Below are positions 48,648 through 57,750 of a stretch of DNA of 64,000 nucleotides, piece after piece. Origin of the DNA: Patescibacteria group bacterium UBA3531 (GTDB taxonomy: Bacteria; Patescibacteriota; Minisyncoccia; Phycocordibacterales; UBA3531); assembly GCA_002376885.1 (NCBI GenBank), contig DFOW01000001.1, forward strand, positions 143,741 to 207,740. Reading direction: 5' to 3'. Both the position numbers and the translations under genes were made by a program. The notes beneath the pieces are model-generated. The model was not told where the DNA came from, did not search any database, and saw only the letters and a program-made list of their open reading frames with translations. The stretch's first letter is position 1, and every line of letters begins with the position of its first letter.

Positions 48648-48722
48648 GGCCCTATCGTCTAGCCTGGTCCAGGACGCTAGGTTTTCATCCTAGAAACCCG
48701 GGTTCAAATCCCGGTAGGGTCA
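48648..48722 (+). tRNA. tRNA-Glu (anticodon TTC)
   Basis: Acceptor GGCCCTA/TAGGGTC, anticodon stem CTAGG/CCTAG loop TTTTCAT, T-arm CCGGGTTCAAATCCCGG. Confidence 0.85.
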
Positions 48723-48731
48723 CCCAGAGAC

Positions 48732-48786
48732 GGGGCGATTAGCTCAGCTGGCTAGCAGATAAAACGATACCCCGTATCATTTTATC
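48732..48786 (+). pseudogene. tRNA 5'-half-like fragment (GGGGCGATTAGCTCAGCTGGCTAGCAG) followed by 12-bp-stem hairpin
   Basis: Resembles acceptor + D-arm of the downstream tRNA-Val but has no 3' half; then GATAAAACGATA-ccccg-TATCATTTTATC. Confidence 0.4.
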
Positions 48787-48827
48787 GTTGACATCTTTTA
48801 TTGCTGTGCGCTACCGTTACATTACAA

Positions 48828-48901
48828 GCGCGCGTAGCTCAGCTGGTTAGAGCGTTGCATTGACATTGCAGAGGTCCCTGGTTCGAATCCAGGCGTGCGC
48901 A
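48828..48901 (+). tRNA. tRNA-Val (anticodon GAC)
   Basis: Acceptor GCGCGCG/CGTGCGC, D-arm GCTCAGCTGGTTAGAGC, anticodon loop TTGACAT, T-arm CCTGGTTCGAATCCAGG. Confidence 0.85.
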
Positions 48902-48926
48902 CACAATAAACCGGTCACAAGACACA

Positions 48927-50090
48927 ATGAAGATTTTAGCCATCGAAACAAGCTGTGATGAAACAGCAGTAAGTATTATAGAGGCCCATGAGAATCAGAG
49001 AGAGAAAAACTCCCCTACTTTTAGTGTGCTTGCCGACAGTATATATTCCCAAATTGATATTCATAAAGAATTTGGTGGGGTTGTTCCCAATTTGGCAAAA
49101 CGAGCACATGCACAAAACCTCCTCCCTCTTTTGGTCAGGTCTCTTAAGAATGCAGGCCTCTTAGAAAAAGGGTCAAACAATATTAAAAACTCTGACAAAA
49201 TTTTAAAACTCCTAGAGCGAGAAGAAAGTTTAGGACAAGAGCTTATTGATTTTGTAAAAGGTCATGCAATTCCCGACATTGACATGATTGCAGTAACGTA
49301 TGGCCCCGGACTTGAACCAGCATTGTGGGTTGGTATTAATTTTGTAAAAGCATTAGGAGAGCTATGGAATAAACCCATCGTCCCCGTAAACCATATGGAA
49401 GGTCACATTTTGTCTGTTTTGTTGCAAGAGCAAGATGAAGCCTACACCACACGCCACATAAACTATCCAACACTTTCTCTTTTGATTAGTGGTGGCCATA
49501 CCGAGCTTGTACTTTCAGAAAAACCACTCGAATATAACATTATAGGTTCGACACGAGATGACGCCGTGGGCGAGGCGTTCGATAAGGTTGCTCGTATTCT
49601 AGATCTTCCGTATCCAGGAGGACCAGAGATTTCAAAACTTGCAGAAACTGCCACTGGTAAAAATACCTTTGGTCTTCCTCACCCCATGATTGATTCAGGG
49701 GATTTTGATTTTTCTTTTTCTGGATTAAAAACAGCAGTACTCTACAAAACAAAAGAGTTGGGTGAATTATCGCAAGAACAAAAAGCTGATTTAGCACATG
49801 AGTTTGAAGAAGTAGTTACGCATGTCCTTACTAAAAAAACTTTGGGAGCAATTAAGGAGCACAACGTAGAATCACTCATTATTGGTGGCGGAGTTTCGGC
49901 AAACAAAAGAATCCGGCAAGCATTTACCGAACTCGCGGAAAAAGAAGGATTTACTCTTTACCTTCCCACTCCAAAACTCTCAACCGACAATGCCATTATG
50001 ATTGCCATTGCAGGCTATATGAGACACACACAAAACCCAGAATCTACCCCTCAAGATTTTGTTGCAACCGGCAATTTAGCTTTAAAATAG
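48927..50090 (+). CDS. tsaD: tRNA N6-adenosine threonylcarbamoyltransferase
   Basis: MKILAIETSCDETAVSII..., Kae1/TsaD fold motifs; contains an insertion. Confidence 0.85.
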   Translation: MKILAIETSCDETAVSIIEAHENQREKNSPTFSVLADSIYSQIDIHKEFGGVVPNLAKRAHAQNLLPLLVRSLKNAGLLEKGSNNIKNSDKILKLLEREESLGQELIDFVKGHAIPDIDMIAVTYGPGLEPALWVGINFVKALGELWNKPIVPVNHMEGHILSVLLQEQDEAYTTRHINYPTLSLLISGGHTELVLSEKPLEYNIIGSTRDDAVGEAFDKVARILDLPYPGGPEISKLAETATGKNTFGLPHPMIDSGDFDFSFSGLKTAVLYKTKELGELSQEQKADLAHEFEEVVTHVLTKKTLGAIKEHNVESLIIGGGVSANKRIRQAFTELAEKEGFTLYLPTPKLSTDNAIMIAIAGYMRHTQNPESTPQDFVATGNLALK

Positions 50091-50116
50091 GGGCTTTTTT
50101 TGCTAGTATAGCTCTA

Positions 50117-52273
50117 ATGAGTGACAAGCTAGAAAAGCCATATAATCCACAAGAAACCGAGGATCGAATCTATGCCGCCTGGGAAGAGGGTGGCCATTTT
50201 AAACCCGAAAACGGTCCCAATACGACCGGCGAAACCTTCTCTATGGTTCTCCCCCCTCCTAACGTAACAGGAGTGCTTCATACCGGGCACGCTGCCATGC
50301 TTGCGATTCAAGACATTTTGACTCGTTATCATAGAATGAAGGGCGATAAAACCCTGTGGCTTCCCGGAACCGACCATGCAGCCATTGCAACCCAAGCACG
50401 TGTTGAAAAAGATTTATATAAAGTGGAGAAAAAAACTCGACACGATTTAGGACGAGAGGAATTTTTGCGTCGTGTAGAAGCCTTTGCACAAGAATCTCAT
50501 GACACCATAACCGGACAAATTAGGAAAATGGGTTCGAGTGTTGATTGGTCTCGCGAAGCATATACCCTGGACGAAAAAAGAGAGCAAGCGGTACGAGAAG
50601 CCTTCAAGCGAATGTACGACGCTGAACTTATTTACAAAGGTTCACGTATTGTTAACTGGGACCCGCGACTCCAAACAACCGTTTCAGATGATGAGGTTGA
50701 ACGAAAAGAAGAGAAAGGAACGTTTTATTATTTAAAATATGGACCCTTTACGATTGGTACCGCACGACCAGAAACAAAATTTGGTGATAAGTATGTGGTA
50801 ATGCACCCACAAGACGATCGCTACAAAGAATATAAACACAAACAAGAAATAGAACTTGAATGGATCAATGGTCCCATTACCGCAACCATTATTAAAGACG
50901 AAGCTGTTGATATGGATTTTGGAACCGGTGTTATGACCATCACTCCATGGCACGACGCAACCGACTTTGAGATTGCAGAACGACACGGACTCGATAAAGA
51001 ACAAGTTATTGATTTTAACGGAAAACTTTTATCTATCGCAGGAGAAGAGTTTGAAGGCCTCCATATTAAAAAGGCTCGCCCTTTGATTGTTGAAAAGCTG
51101 AAAGAAAAGGGACTCGTTGAAAAAGTTGACGAAAACTATACTCACAACATTGCTGTAAACTCTCGAGGTGGTGAGCTGATTGAGCCACAAATAAAAGAGC
51201 AGTGGTTTGTAAATGTAAACAAGCCGTTTGTCCCTCCCAACAGTGATACCGAAGTTACCCTAAAGCAATGGATGCGAAATGTAGTAGAAAATGGCCTTAT
51301 TCAAATTATTCCGGACCGCTACGAGAAAGTATATTTTCACTGGATTGATAACCTTCGCGATTGGTGTATTTCTCGCCAAATTTGGTACGGACACCAAATT
51401 CCTGTTTGGTACAAAGATGGCGAGATTTATTGTGGCGTAGAGGCCCCAGAAGGAGGTGGTTGGGAGCAAGATCCAGACACCCTAGACACTTGGTTTTCAA
51501 GCGGTCTTTGGACTTTCTCAACGCTTGGATGGCCAGAGGAAACAGAAGACCTAAACCTCTATCATCCAACCAATGTACTTGAGACAGGATACGACATTCT
51601 TTTCTTTTGGATTGCTCGTATGATTTTAATGACAGGATTTTTGCTTGGGGACATCCCTTTCAGAACCGTCTACCTTCACGGAATGGTGCGGGACGAAAAA
51701 GGACGAAAAATGAGTAAATCACTTGGTAATGCAACTGATCCACTTGACCTTATAGAAAAGTACGGAGCCGATGCGCTACGTTTTGAACTTATTGTTGGCT
51801 CTCCTCCTGGTAACGATCTTAACCTGACGGAATCACGCATTAAAGGGTACAAACATTTTGCAAACAAGGTCTGGAATGCAAGCAGGTTCGTACACATGAA
51901 TACAAAATACACTGATCTTAAAACAGAACCAAAGCTTCTCCCGCAAGACAAAACCTACTTAAAAGAATTAGATGAACTCACAAAAGATGTTACAAGTGAA
52001 ATTGAAAAGTTTAATTTATATTTAGCAAGCGAAAAACTCTATCATTATTTTTGGCATACCTTTGCGGATAACATAATAGAAGAAACAAAAGAAAGACTCT
52101 ATAATGGAACTGATGAAGAAAAGTTAAGTGCACAATGGACACTTAACAAAATCCTAACAACAAATCTTATACTTCTTCATCCATTTATGCCGTTTGTTAC
52201 CGAGGAGGTGTGGGGATTGCTCCCCAACACAGATGGAATGCTTATCCATACTCCTTGGCCAGACGCTCGCTAA
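50117..52273 (+). CDS. valS: valyl-tRNA synthetase (lacks C-terminal coiled-coil)
   Basis: PPPNVTGVLHTGHA (HIGH), TDHAAIATQ, KMSKSLGN. Confidence 0.85.
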   Translation: MSDKLEKPYNPQETEDRIYAAWEEGGHFKPENGPNTTGETFSMVLPPPNVTGVLHTGHAAMLAIQDILTRYHRMKGDKTLWLPGTDHAAIATQARVEKDLYKVEKKTRHDLGREEFLRRVEAFAQESHDTITGQIRKMGSSVDWSREAYTLDEKREQAVREAFKRMYDAELIYKGSRIVNWDPRLQTTVSDDEVERKEEKGTFYYLKYGPFTIGTARPETKFGDKYVVMHPQDDRYKEYKHKQEIELEWINGPITATIIKDEAVDMDFGTGVMTITPWHDATDFEIAERHGLDKEQVIDFNGKLLSIAGEEFEGLHIKKARPLIVEKLKEKGLVEKVDENYTHNIAVNSRGGELIEPQIKEQWFVNVNKPFVPPNSDTEVTLKQWMRNVVENGLIQIIPDRYEKVYFHWIDNLRDWCISRQIWYGHQIPVWYKDGEIYCGVEAPEGGGWEQDPDTLDTWFSSGLWTFSTLGWPEETEDLNLYHPTNVLETGYDILFFWIARMILMTGFLLGDIPFRTVYLHGMVRDEKGRKMSKSLGNATDPLDLIEKYGADALRFELIVGSPPGNDLNLTESRIKGYKHFANKVWNASRFVHMNTKYTDLKTEPKLLPQDKTYLKELDELTKDVTSEIEKFNLYLASEKLYHYFWHTFADNIIEETKERLYNGTDEEKLSAQWTLNKILTTNLILLHPFMPFVTEEVWGLLPNTDGMLIHTPWPDAR

Positions 52274-52275
52274 GC

Positions 52276-53022
52276 ATGGACATAAACCAATTCTTAACAC
52301 TCTTTTTTGCCCTCTTGGGAGGAGGTATCCCCCCTCTTATATGGTTATGGTTTTGGATAAAAGAAGATAAAAATCACCCCGAACCAAAACCACTCATTAT
52401 TGCAACATTTGTAGGAGGAATGATTGCTGTGCCCATTGCTTTTGTTCTTGAAAAAAAGGCAGCGTCTCTTGGACTTGATGGATTTTTATTAGGGACACCA
52501 GGGAAGCTATTTGCAGCTCTTGTTGTCCTTGTTTTGATTGAAGAGATAGTAAAGTACCTTGCCGCACAAGGCATCGCCTTCCCTAACAAACACTTTGATG
52601 AACCCGTAGATGCAATAATTTACATGATTAGTGCTGCGCTCGGTTTTGCAGCCCTTGAAAACACTCTCTTTTTGATTGACGGATTGTCTAGTGCCGGGCT
52701 CATCTCTCAAGGGTTCTTTGCAACGGTGGGGTTAAATGAAGTTTTGATTAATAATAATCTGCGGTTTATAGGGGCTAATGTTCTGCATGTTGTGGCCTCT
52801 GGCCTTATAGGTGTCTTTATTGGATTTTCGTTCTACAAACATTGGTTTGCAAAAATTCTCTACTTTTTAGTGGGCCTTGGGTTGGCAACATTCTTGCACG
52901 CCATCTTCAATTTTTCTATAATTACTTATAGTGATAAGCCGCTTGTGGTGTTCTCGCACCTCTGGCTCATGGCTATACTACTTATCTTTTTATTCGAGCG
53001 TGTTAAACGAGTACGACCATAA
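52276..53022 (+). CDS. prsW: PrsW-family intramembrane metalloprotease
   Basis: Multi-TM with EEIVKYL (EExxK), GFAALEN, HVVASG motifs; start at ATG after valS stop. Confidence 0.65.
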   Translation: MDINQFLTLFFALLGGGIPPLIWLWFWIKEDKNHPEPKPLIIATFVGGMIAVPIAFVLEKKAASLGLDGFLLGTPGKLFAALVVLVLIEEIVKYLAAQGIAFPNKHFDEPVDAIIYMISAALGFAALENTLFLIDGLSSAGLISQGFFATVGLNEVLINNNLRFIGANVLHVVASGLIGVFIGFSFYKHWFAKILYFLVGLGLATFLHAIFNFSIITYSDKPLVVFSHLWLMAILLIFLFERVKRVRP

Positions 53023-53024
53023 CT

Positions 53025-53501
53025 ATGTTACGAAAACAATCATTTTTGGATAAATTAACCGGCGGAATTCCTCTTGATGAAGAAGAACCTCTTATGCGAG
53101 ACGACCATAAAGAGCCCATTATTTCAGAAGAAGAAACAAATGACGATGAGTGGATTGAAGAGGATGCAGAAGAAGGACAATTGACCGTTGATGTTTTTCA
53201 AAATCCAAATGAGATTGTTATTAAAACAATGGTAGCTGGTGTTAAGCCAGAAGACATTGATGTTTCTATAAATCGAGAGATGGTTACCATTAAGGGGCGG
53301 AGGCACCAAGAAGACGTCATTGAAGACAAGGACTTTTATTTTAAAGAATTATATTGGGGAGGATTTTCTCGAACTATTTTACTTCCAGAAGAAGTTGACC
53401 CCGACGGCGCCCAAGCAACAGAAACAAATGGCCTTTTAACAATCAGACTTCCAAAACACGACAAAGCCCATACAAAAAATATTAAGGTGAAGAGTCGGTA
53501 G
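53025..53501 (+). CDS. Hsp20/alpha-crystallin small heat-shock protein
   Basis: ACD core ...VDVFQNPNEIVIKTMVAGVKPEDIDVSI...G.F.R...LP. Confidence 0.8.
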   Translation: MLRKQSFLDKLTGGIPLDEEEPLMRDDHKEPIISEEETNDDEWIEEDAEEGQLTVDVFQNPNEIVIKTMVAGVKPEDIDVSINREMVTIKGRRHQEDVIEDKDFYFKELYWGGFSRTILLPEEVDPDGAQATETNGLLTIRLPKHDKAHTKNIKVKSR

Positions 53502-53510
53502 GCTTTTTAT

Positions 53511-53622
53511 TTAGGGTCGGGCTCGAACCGACGGTCTCCCTCGCTTCGTTCGGATGAAAAGTAATCCCATTACTTTTCATCCCTTCGCCATCCGGCGAAG
53601 GATCATTTAAACTAACCCTGCC
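53511..53622 (-). pseudogene. degenerate tRNA-Phe-derived copy with hairpin insertions (tRNA-like element)
   Basis: T-arm GTCGGTTCGAGCCCGAC identical to adjacent tRNA-Phe; anticodon arm replaced by TTCGCC-GGAT-GGCGAA tetraloop hairpin; inserted perfect 14-bp hairpin GGATGAAAAGTAAT-GGG-ATTACTTTTCATCC; acceptor does not pair. Confidence 0.45.
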
Positions 53623-53658
53623 AAAAATAAAATCCCACACGCGGTGGAATTTTATTTT

Positions 53659-53735
53659 TGGTGCCCAGGGTCGGGCTCGAACCGACGACCCTTCGCTCTT
53701 CAGGCGAATGCTCTAGCCAACTGAGCTACCTGGGC
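53659..53735 (-). tRNA. tRNA-Phe (anticodon GAA), CCA encoded
   Basis: Acceptor GCCCAGG/CCTGGGC, anticodon stem TTCGC/GCGAA loop CTGAAGA, ends CACCA. Confidence 0.85.
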
Positions 53736-53751
53736 ATATACGCAGAGGTAA

Positions 53752-54012
53752 TTATTGTCCAACGTTTTGAATTGCCTCTCGCGCCGCTTGATACGTATCC
53801 AGCAACTGGTTCACATATGGTTCAAGGAAGAAGAGAAGTCCTGAAACCGCCCCAATAATGAGTATCCAATAGAGAGCCGTAAATACGCGTCTCCATTTTA
53901 TGTATGAATACACCTTCTTCAAAAGCTCATTGTTTTTCTGAATGAGCTCATTATTCTCTTTAACGAGTTTTTCTAATTGATCTCCTTCCATAACCAGTCG
54001 CCATTCTAGCAA
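53752..54012 (-). CDS. small membrane protein (coiled-coil N-term + TM)
   Basis: 86 aa between tRNA-Phe and tRNA-Arg. Confidence 0.3.
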   Translation of the reverse strand: MLEWRLVMEGDQLEKLVKENNELIQKNNELLKKVYSYIKWRRVFTALYWILIIGAVSGLLFFLEPYVNQLLDTYQAAREAIQNVGQ

Positions 54013-54040
54013 GGATACCCCTAAAAATCAACGTATTTTG

Positions 54041-54112
54041 TGCCCCTGGTAGGAGTCGAACCCACATCTACCCCTTAGGACGGGGTTGTTCTATCCATTG
54101 AACTACAAGGGC
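54041..54112 (-). tRNA. tRNA-Arg (anticodon CCT)
   Basis: Acceptor GCCCTTG/CAGGGGC, D-arm GTTCAATGGATAGAAC, anticodon stem ACCCC/GGGGT loop GTCCTAA, T-arm GTGGGTTCGACTCCTAC. Confidence 0.7.
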
Positions 54113-54124
54113 AATTAATATCAA

Positions 54125-54640
54125 CTAAACAATAGTACTAATAAACTGCCCAATTGAGAAGGCTATTGCCGCTGCCACTCCCCCAATCACCACCATCTTG
54201 ATTCCACCCACAAAAAAGGGCTTGTCGGTAACCATATTACGAAGTGATCCCACAACAAAAAGAGCAAGGAGAGTTGCAATGATTGTATACACAAACACCT
54301 CTCCACTTCCTCCTAAAACAATATAGGGAATAAGCGGGACAGATCCCGCAACAATAAACGAACTAAACGTTGCAAATGCACTCGATGCAGGGCTTGTATT
54401 AACAAAAAAAGGATCTTCTGTATCCCCTGCATCTTGCAGCAAATGATCTTTTGACTCAGTCGCCAAATAGTTTGATGACGCCATAGAAAATGCATCAGCA
54501 AAAAGTGATGCCAACCCAATAATGATAACCGTTTGGGGGGCCAGGCTTGCTCCAACCACACCAGCAACAATCGCAAAGGTAGTAATAATGCCGTCATTGG
54601 CACCATACACCATATCAGGAACAAAGTATTTTAATTTCAT
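54125..54640 (-). CDS. VIT1/CCC1-family iron/manganese transporter
   Basis: YGANDGIITTFAIVAGV motif plus multiple TM. Confidence 0.65.
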   Translation of the reverse strand: MKLKYFVPDMVYGANDGIITTFAIVAGVVGASLAPQTVIIIGLASLFADAFSMASSNYLATESKDHLLQDAGDTEDPFFVNTSPASSAFATFSSFIVAGSVPLIPYIVLGGSGEVFVYTIIATLLALFVVGSLRNMVTDKPFFVGGIKMVVIGGVAAAIAFSIGQFISTIV

Positions 54641-54647
54641 ACAGAGC

Positions 54648-54941
54648 TTATTGTATCACACCAAGTACTGCCTCGAAGTCGTCTCCTTTTTGCATTTTAT
54701 TTCGTTTTGTATGACCACAAATAAGGCATTTATGTGTCACGCTGTATTCCCCATGTTCCTGATCCAAAAAGATTGGTTCCATAAGCCCTTCACAATCTGA
54801 TGCCCTGTCTCCCGGATGGTTATCGACATGCTTACTGTATAAACATTTTGGACAATGATTGGTATAGCCATCTCCTTTTACCTGACGCCCACAATGTTCA
54901 CACTCAAAATCTTCTGTTACTTTTTTAAAATTTTCTGCCAT
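54648..54941 (-). CDS. RNHCP-domain zinc-ribbon protein
   Basis: CEHCG...TNHCPKCL...CLICGH. Confidence 0.55.
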   Translation of the reverse strand: MAENFKKVTEDFECEHCGRQVKGDGYTNHCPKCLYSKHVDNHPGDRASDCEGLMEPIFLDQEHGEYSVTHKCLICGHTKRNKMQKGDDFEAVLGVIQ

Positions 54942-55316
54942 TTAGAATCCAAAAAATGCTTTTATACTTCCCCAAAAACCTTTTGTGTCTCCCTCTCCTG
55001 TATCTGAATCTTTAGCGTCAACAATAACAACTGTCTTTTCTCCTGGTTTTGCAATATGAAATTTTGTTCGAAGTTCCTCTTCAACACCACGCGCATTTCC
55101 CAAACGATCAAGCTCTTCTTGTAATTCTTTTTCCCGCTCAAGCAGAGCTGTTAGCTCAAGGTTTGCCTCGGTATATACTTCATCAACTAAACGATTTTTT
55201 TTATATTGACCCCATACTCCCTCTCCAGCCCAAAAAATGAGTGCCAAAAGTACCACCACCCAAAAAAGTTGTTTTAAATTCTTCCTTCGTCTTACTCCCT
55301 GAAAACCATGGAACAT
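54942..55316 (-). CDS. FtsB/DivIC-like septum-formation initiator (TM + coiled coil)
   Basis: TM LFWVVVLLALIFWAG followed by heptad-rich ELTALLEREKELQEELDRL. Confidence 0.45.
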   Translation of the reverse strand: MFHGFQGVRRRKNLKQLFWVVVLLALIFWAGEGVWGQYKKNRLVDEVYTEANLELTALLEREKELQEELDRLGNARGVEEELRTKFHIAKPGEKTVVIVDAKDSDTGEGDTKGFWGSIKAFFGF

Positions 55317-55486
55317 AACGACAAGACACCCTTTTTAGCTTATAATGGCAACACTATTAGTATAACCGGATACCCTATGCTCTTCCAAAAAAAGCATAAA
55401 AAGAAGATTCGTATTATATGGAGCATCCTTGCTGTGCTTATCACCCTTAGCATGCTCCTCTTCTATAGCCCCCTCCATTTGGCCTT

Positions 55487-57274
55487 TTAGCCACGCATTA
55501 CCTTCAAAAATACATCTTGTGGAATAGAAACTTTTCCTCCTTCTTTCATCTTTTTCTTTCCCTTTTTTTGCTTTTCTCTGAGTTTCATCTTCCGAGTAAT
55601 GTCCCCACCGTAAAGCTTTGCTGTAACATCTTTACGGAGCGCCTTTAGGGTTTTTGAGGCAATAATGCGCCCTTTTGCTTGTGCTTGAATTTTAATAACA
55701 AATTGCTGGCGCGGAAGAACATCATGGAGTTTTTCTACCACATCTCGCGCTTCTTCTTCTGCTCGACGTTCAGCAATAATCCGAGAAAATGCAGGAACTA
55801 TTTCCTCTGCAATCAAAACATCAAGTCGTGTTACCTGCGCTTCTCGCATATCACCCATCTCATATGAAAGAGAGGCATACCCACTGGTTGCGCTTTTTAT
55901 TTCATCAAAAAAGTTTCGCATAAGCTCGCGCAAAGGCATTTCAAGATCAAGTGCCATGCGATTGTCTCCGAATGAATTAGTGTTACCAACAATGGCTTCG
56001 TGTTCATAAAGGAGCGTCATAACATTTCCCAAATAATCACCAGGGACAATAAGAGTAACCTTAATCCATGGTTCTAAAACTTTTTCGTAACTTCCATGAT
56101 CAGGAAACTTTACGGGAGAATAAATAATTTCTTCCTTCCCACCCTTAGAAAATACTTTATAGGTAATAGTAGGGCTTGTAATAATAAGATTCAAATTAAA
56201 CTCTCGTTTTAATCGTTCGGTAATAATTTCAAGATGAAGCATTCCCAAAAAACCACAGCGGAATCCTCGCCCAAGCGACACTGACGCCTCCTCTTCAAAC
56301 GAAAGAGATGAATCGGTTAAAAGAAGTTTGCCAAGCGCTTGACGCAATACATCAAAATCATCTTGGCTTTCAGGGTAGAGCGATGCCCACACTACTGGCT
56401 TTGGTTTTTCAAATCCTGTCACGGGAGCGCTTTGTGATTTAAAAAGTGTTACGGTGTCACCCACTTGTGTTACTCCCGGGCGTTTAATACCTGTTACAAT
56501 GTATCCAATTTCACCCTCTTTCAAAGAATCTTTTTTTGTTCGAAGAGGAGAAAACACTCCAACCTCTTGAGCAATAAACCGTTCTTTTGCCCCAACAAAC
56601 AATAGTTCGTCTCCTTTTTTAACCTCTCCTCCATAGACACGAGTGTAGACAATAACTCCTTGATGGTTTGAATATTCAAAATCAAAAATAAGTGACTGAA
56701 GAGAGTTTGCCTTAGTTTTTTTAGGAGAAGGAACCTTATCGACAATACGATCAAGAAGCGCCTCTACTCCTTCTCCTGTTTTTGCAGAAACACATAAAAT
56801 TTCATCGGGAGAACAACCCACCACATTTACTACTTGCTGTTTTACCTCTTCTGTTTGAGCTCCAGCAAGATCAATCTTATTGAGGACTGGAATAATGGGA
56901 AGATTAAGCTCTTTTGCCATATCAAGAACCGTAAGCGTCTGTGCCTGAACCCCTTGTGTGGCATCAACAAGTAAAATGGTTCCTTCGATAGATTTAAGGG
57001 CTCGAGATACTTCGTATGAAAAGTCTATGTGCCCGGGTGTATCGATAAGATTCAAAACATAGTCTGTTCCTTCTTTTTGATACCCCATTCGAACAGGCTG
57101 CATTTTAATGGTAATCCCACGTTCTCGTTCGAGCTCCATTTGATCGAGAAGCTGATCCTTCATTTCACGTTCTGAGATTGTTTTAGTCACCTCTAACATG
57201 CGGTCGGCAAGAGTCGACTTTCCATGATCAATATGCGCAATGATTGAAAAATTTCGTATGGTATTGGTATCCAT
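55487..57274 (-). CDS. lepA: elongation factor 4
   Basis: IRNFSIIAHIDHGKSTLADR G-domain, LepA C-terminal domain. Confidence 0.9.
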   Translation of the reverse strand: MDTNTIRNFSIIAHIDHGKSTLADRMLEVTKTISEREMKDQLLDQMELERERGITIKMQPVRMGYQKEGTDYVLNLIDTPGHIDFSYEVSRALKSIEGTILLVDATQGVQAQTLTVLDMAKELNLPIIPVLNKIDLAGAQTEEVKQQVVNVVGCSPDEILCVSAKTGEGVEALLDRIVDKVPSPKKTKANSLQSLIFDFEYSNHQGVIVYTRVYGGEVKKGDELLFVGAKERFIAQEVGVFSPLRTKKDSLKEGEIGYIVTGIKRPGVTQVGDTVTLFKSQSAPVTGFEKPKPVVWASLYPESQDDFDVLRQALGKLLLTDSSLSFEEEASVSLGRGFRCGFLGMLHLEIITERLKREFNLNLIITSPTITYKVFSKGGKEEIIYSPVKFPDHGSYEKVLEPWIKVTLIVPGDYLGNVMTLLYEHEAIVGNTNSFGDNRMALDLEMPLRELMRNFFDEIKSATSGYASLSYEMGDMREAQVTRLDVLIAEEIVPAFSRIIAERRAEEEARDVVEKLHDVLPRQQFVIKIQAQAKGRIIASKTLKALRKDVTAKLYGGDITRKMKLREKQKKGKKKMKEGGKVSIPQDVFLKVMRG

Positions 57275-57300
57275 AGCACTACTATACTAAAGTATTTCTC

Positions 57301-57347
57301 TTAAAAAGAAAGCCGCCTCGAGTCCACAATGGGTACCCGGGCGGCGG
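57301..57347 (-). terminator. GC hairpin + U-run ending the cassette G transcript just upstream of lepA start
   Basis: Minus RNA ...CUCCGCCGCCCGGGUACCCAUUGUGGACUCGAGGCGGCUUUCUUUUU. Confidence 0.45.
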
Positions 57348-57453
57348 AGTGGACGGCACCTGGGTGCGTCCATGGTTTTCTAGTGCGCAAGGCGCACCTT
57401 GGTGGAAGGTCCCAGCTCAAGGGGTGAGCCTCGAGTCTGGGCGGAAGGCGGAT

Positions 57454-57648
57454 CTAGCCGAAGAGGGGCGCACCGAGCGAGACGACCCCGCCGGGCAGGA
57501 TCACGTGACCCCGACCATCCGAACCGAGCGGCGGACCGCTGAGCTCGGAGAACGGGATCTCGCTCTCGCGACGGAGCCGGCGAACCGAGCCACGCGTCCG
57601 GGTGCTCTCCTTGGTGCGTACCGTGCCTTCGCCTTCCTGTTTCTTCAT
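57454..57648 (-). CDS. very G+C-rich small basic ORF (cassette G), 64 aa; coding status uncertain
   Basis: AGGAAGGGAAGGAAT-cccg-ATG context; track ORF begins at TTG inside the -35 box so trimmed to internal ATG. Confidence 0.3.
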   Translation of the reverse strand: MKKQEGEGTVRTKESTRTRGSVRRLRRESEIPFSELSGPPLGSDGRGHVILPGGVVSLGAPLFG

Positions 57649-57715
57649 CGGGATTCCTTCCCTTCCTGAAGTTCTCTTTCGAGCGCGGCCCCCAGCCACG
57701 CTACGTCCACTATCC

Positions 57716-57744
57716 AAACTACTATAATAAAAGTCTTTTGTCAA
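57716..57744 (-). promoter_or_regulatory. promoter cTTGACAaaag-17-TAGTTT for cassette G
   Basis: -35 TTGACA at 57739-57744 (minus); near-identical to cassette D promoter over 20 nt. Confidence 0.4.
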
Positions 57745-57750
57745 GCCCCC

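Noticed and set aside
55308-55490. Plus-strand 60-aa ORF between ftsB-like and lepA
   Set aside because: Lies in the promoter gap between two minus-strand genes, no RBS, low-complexity; likely spurious.
57301-57750. tmRNA or RNase P RNA in cassette G
   Set aside because: No T-arm/CCA tRNA-like 3' end and no GGAAAGTCCGG or ACAGAANCCGGCTTA motifs on either strand.
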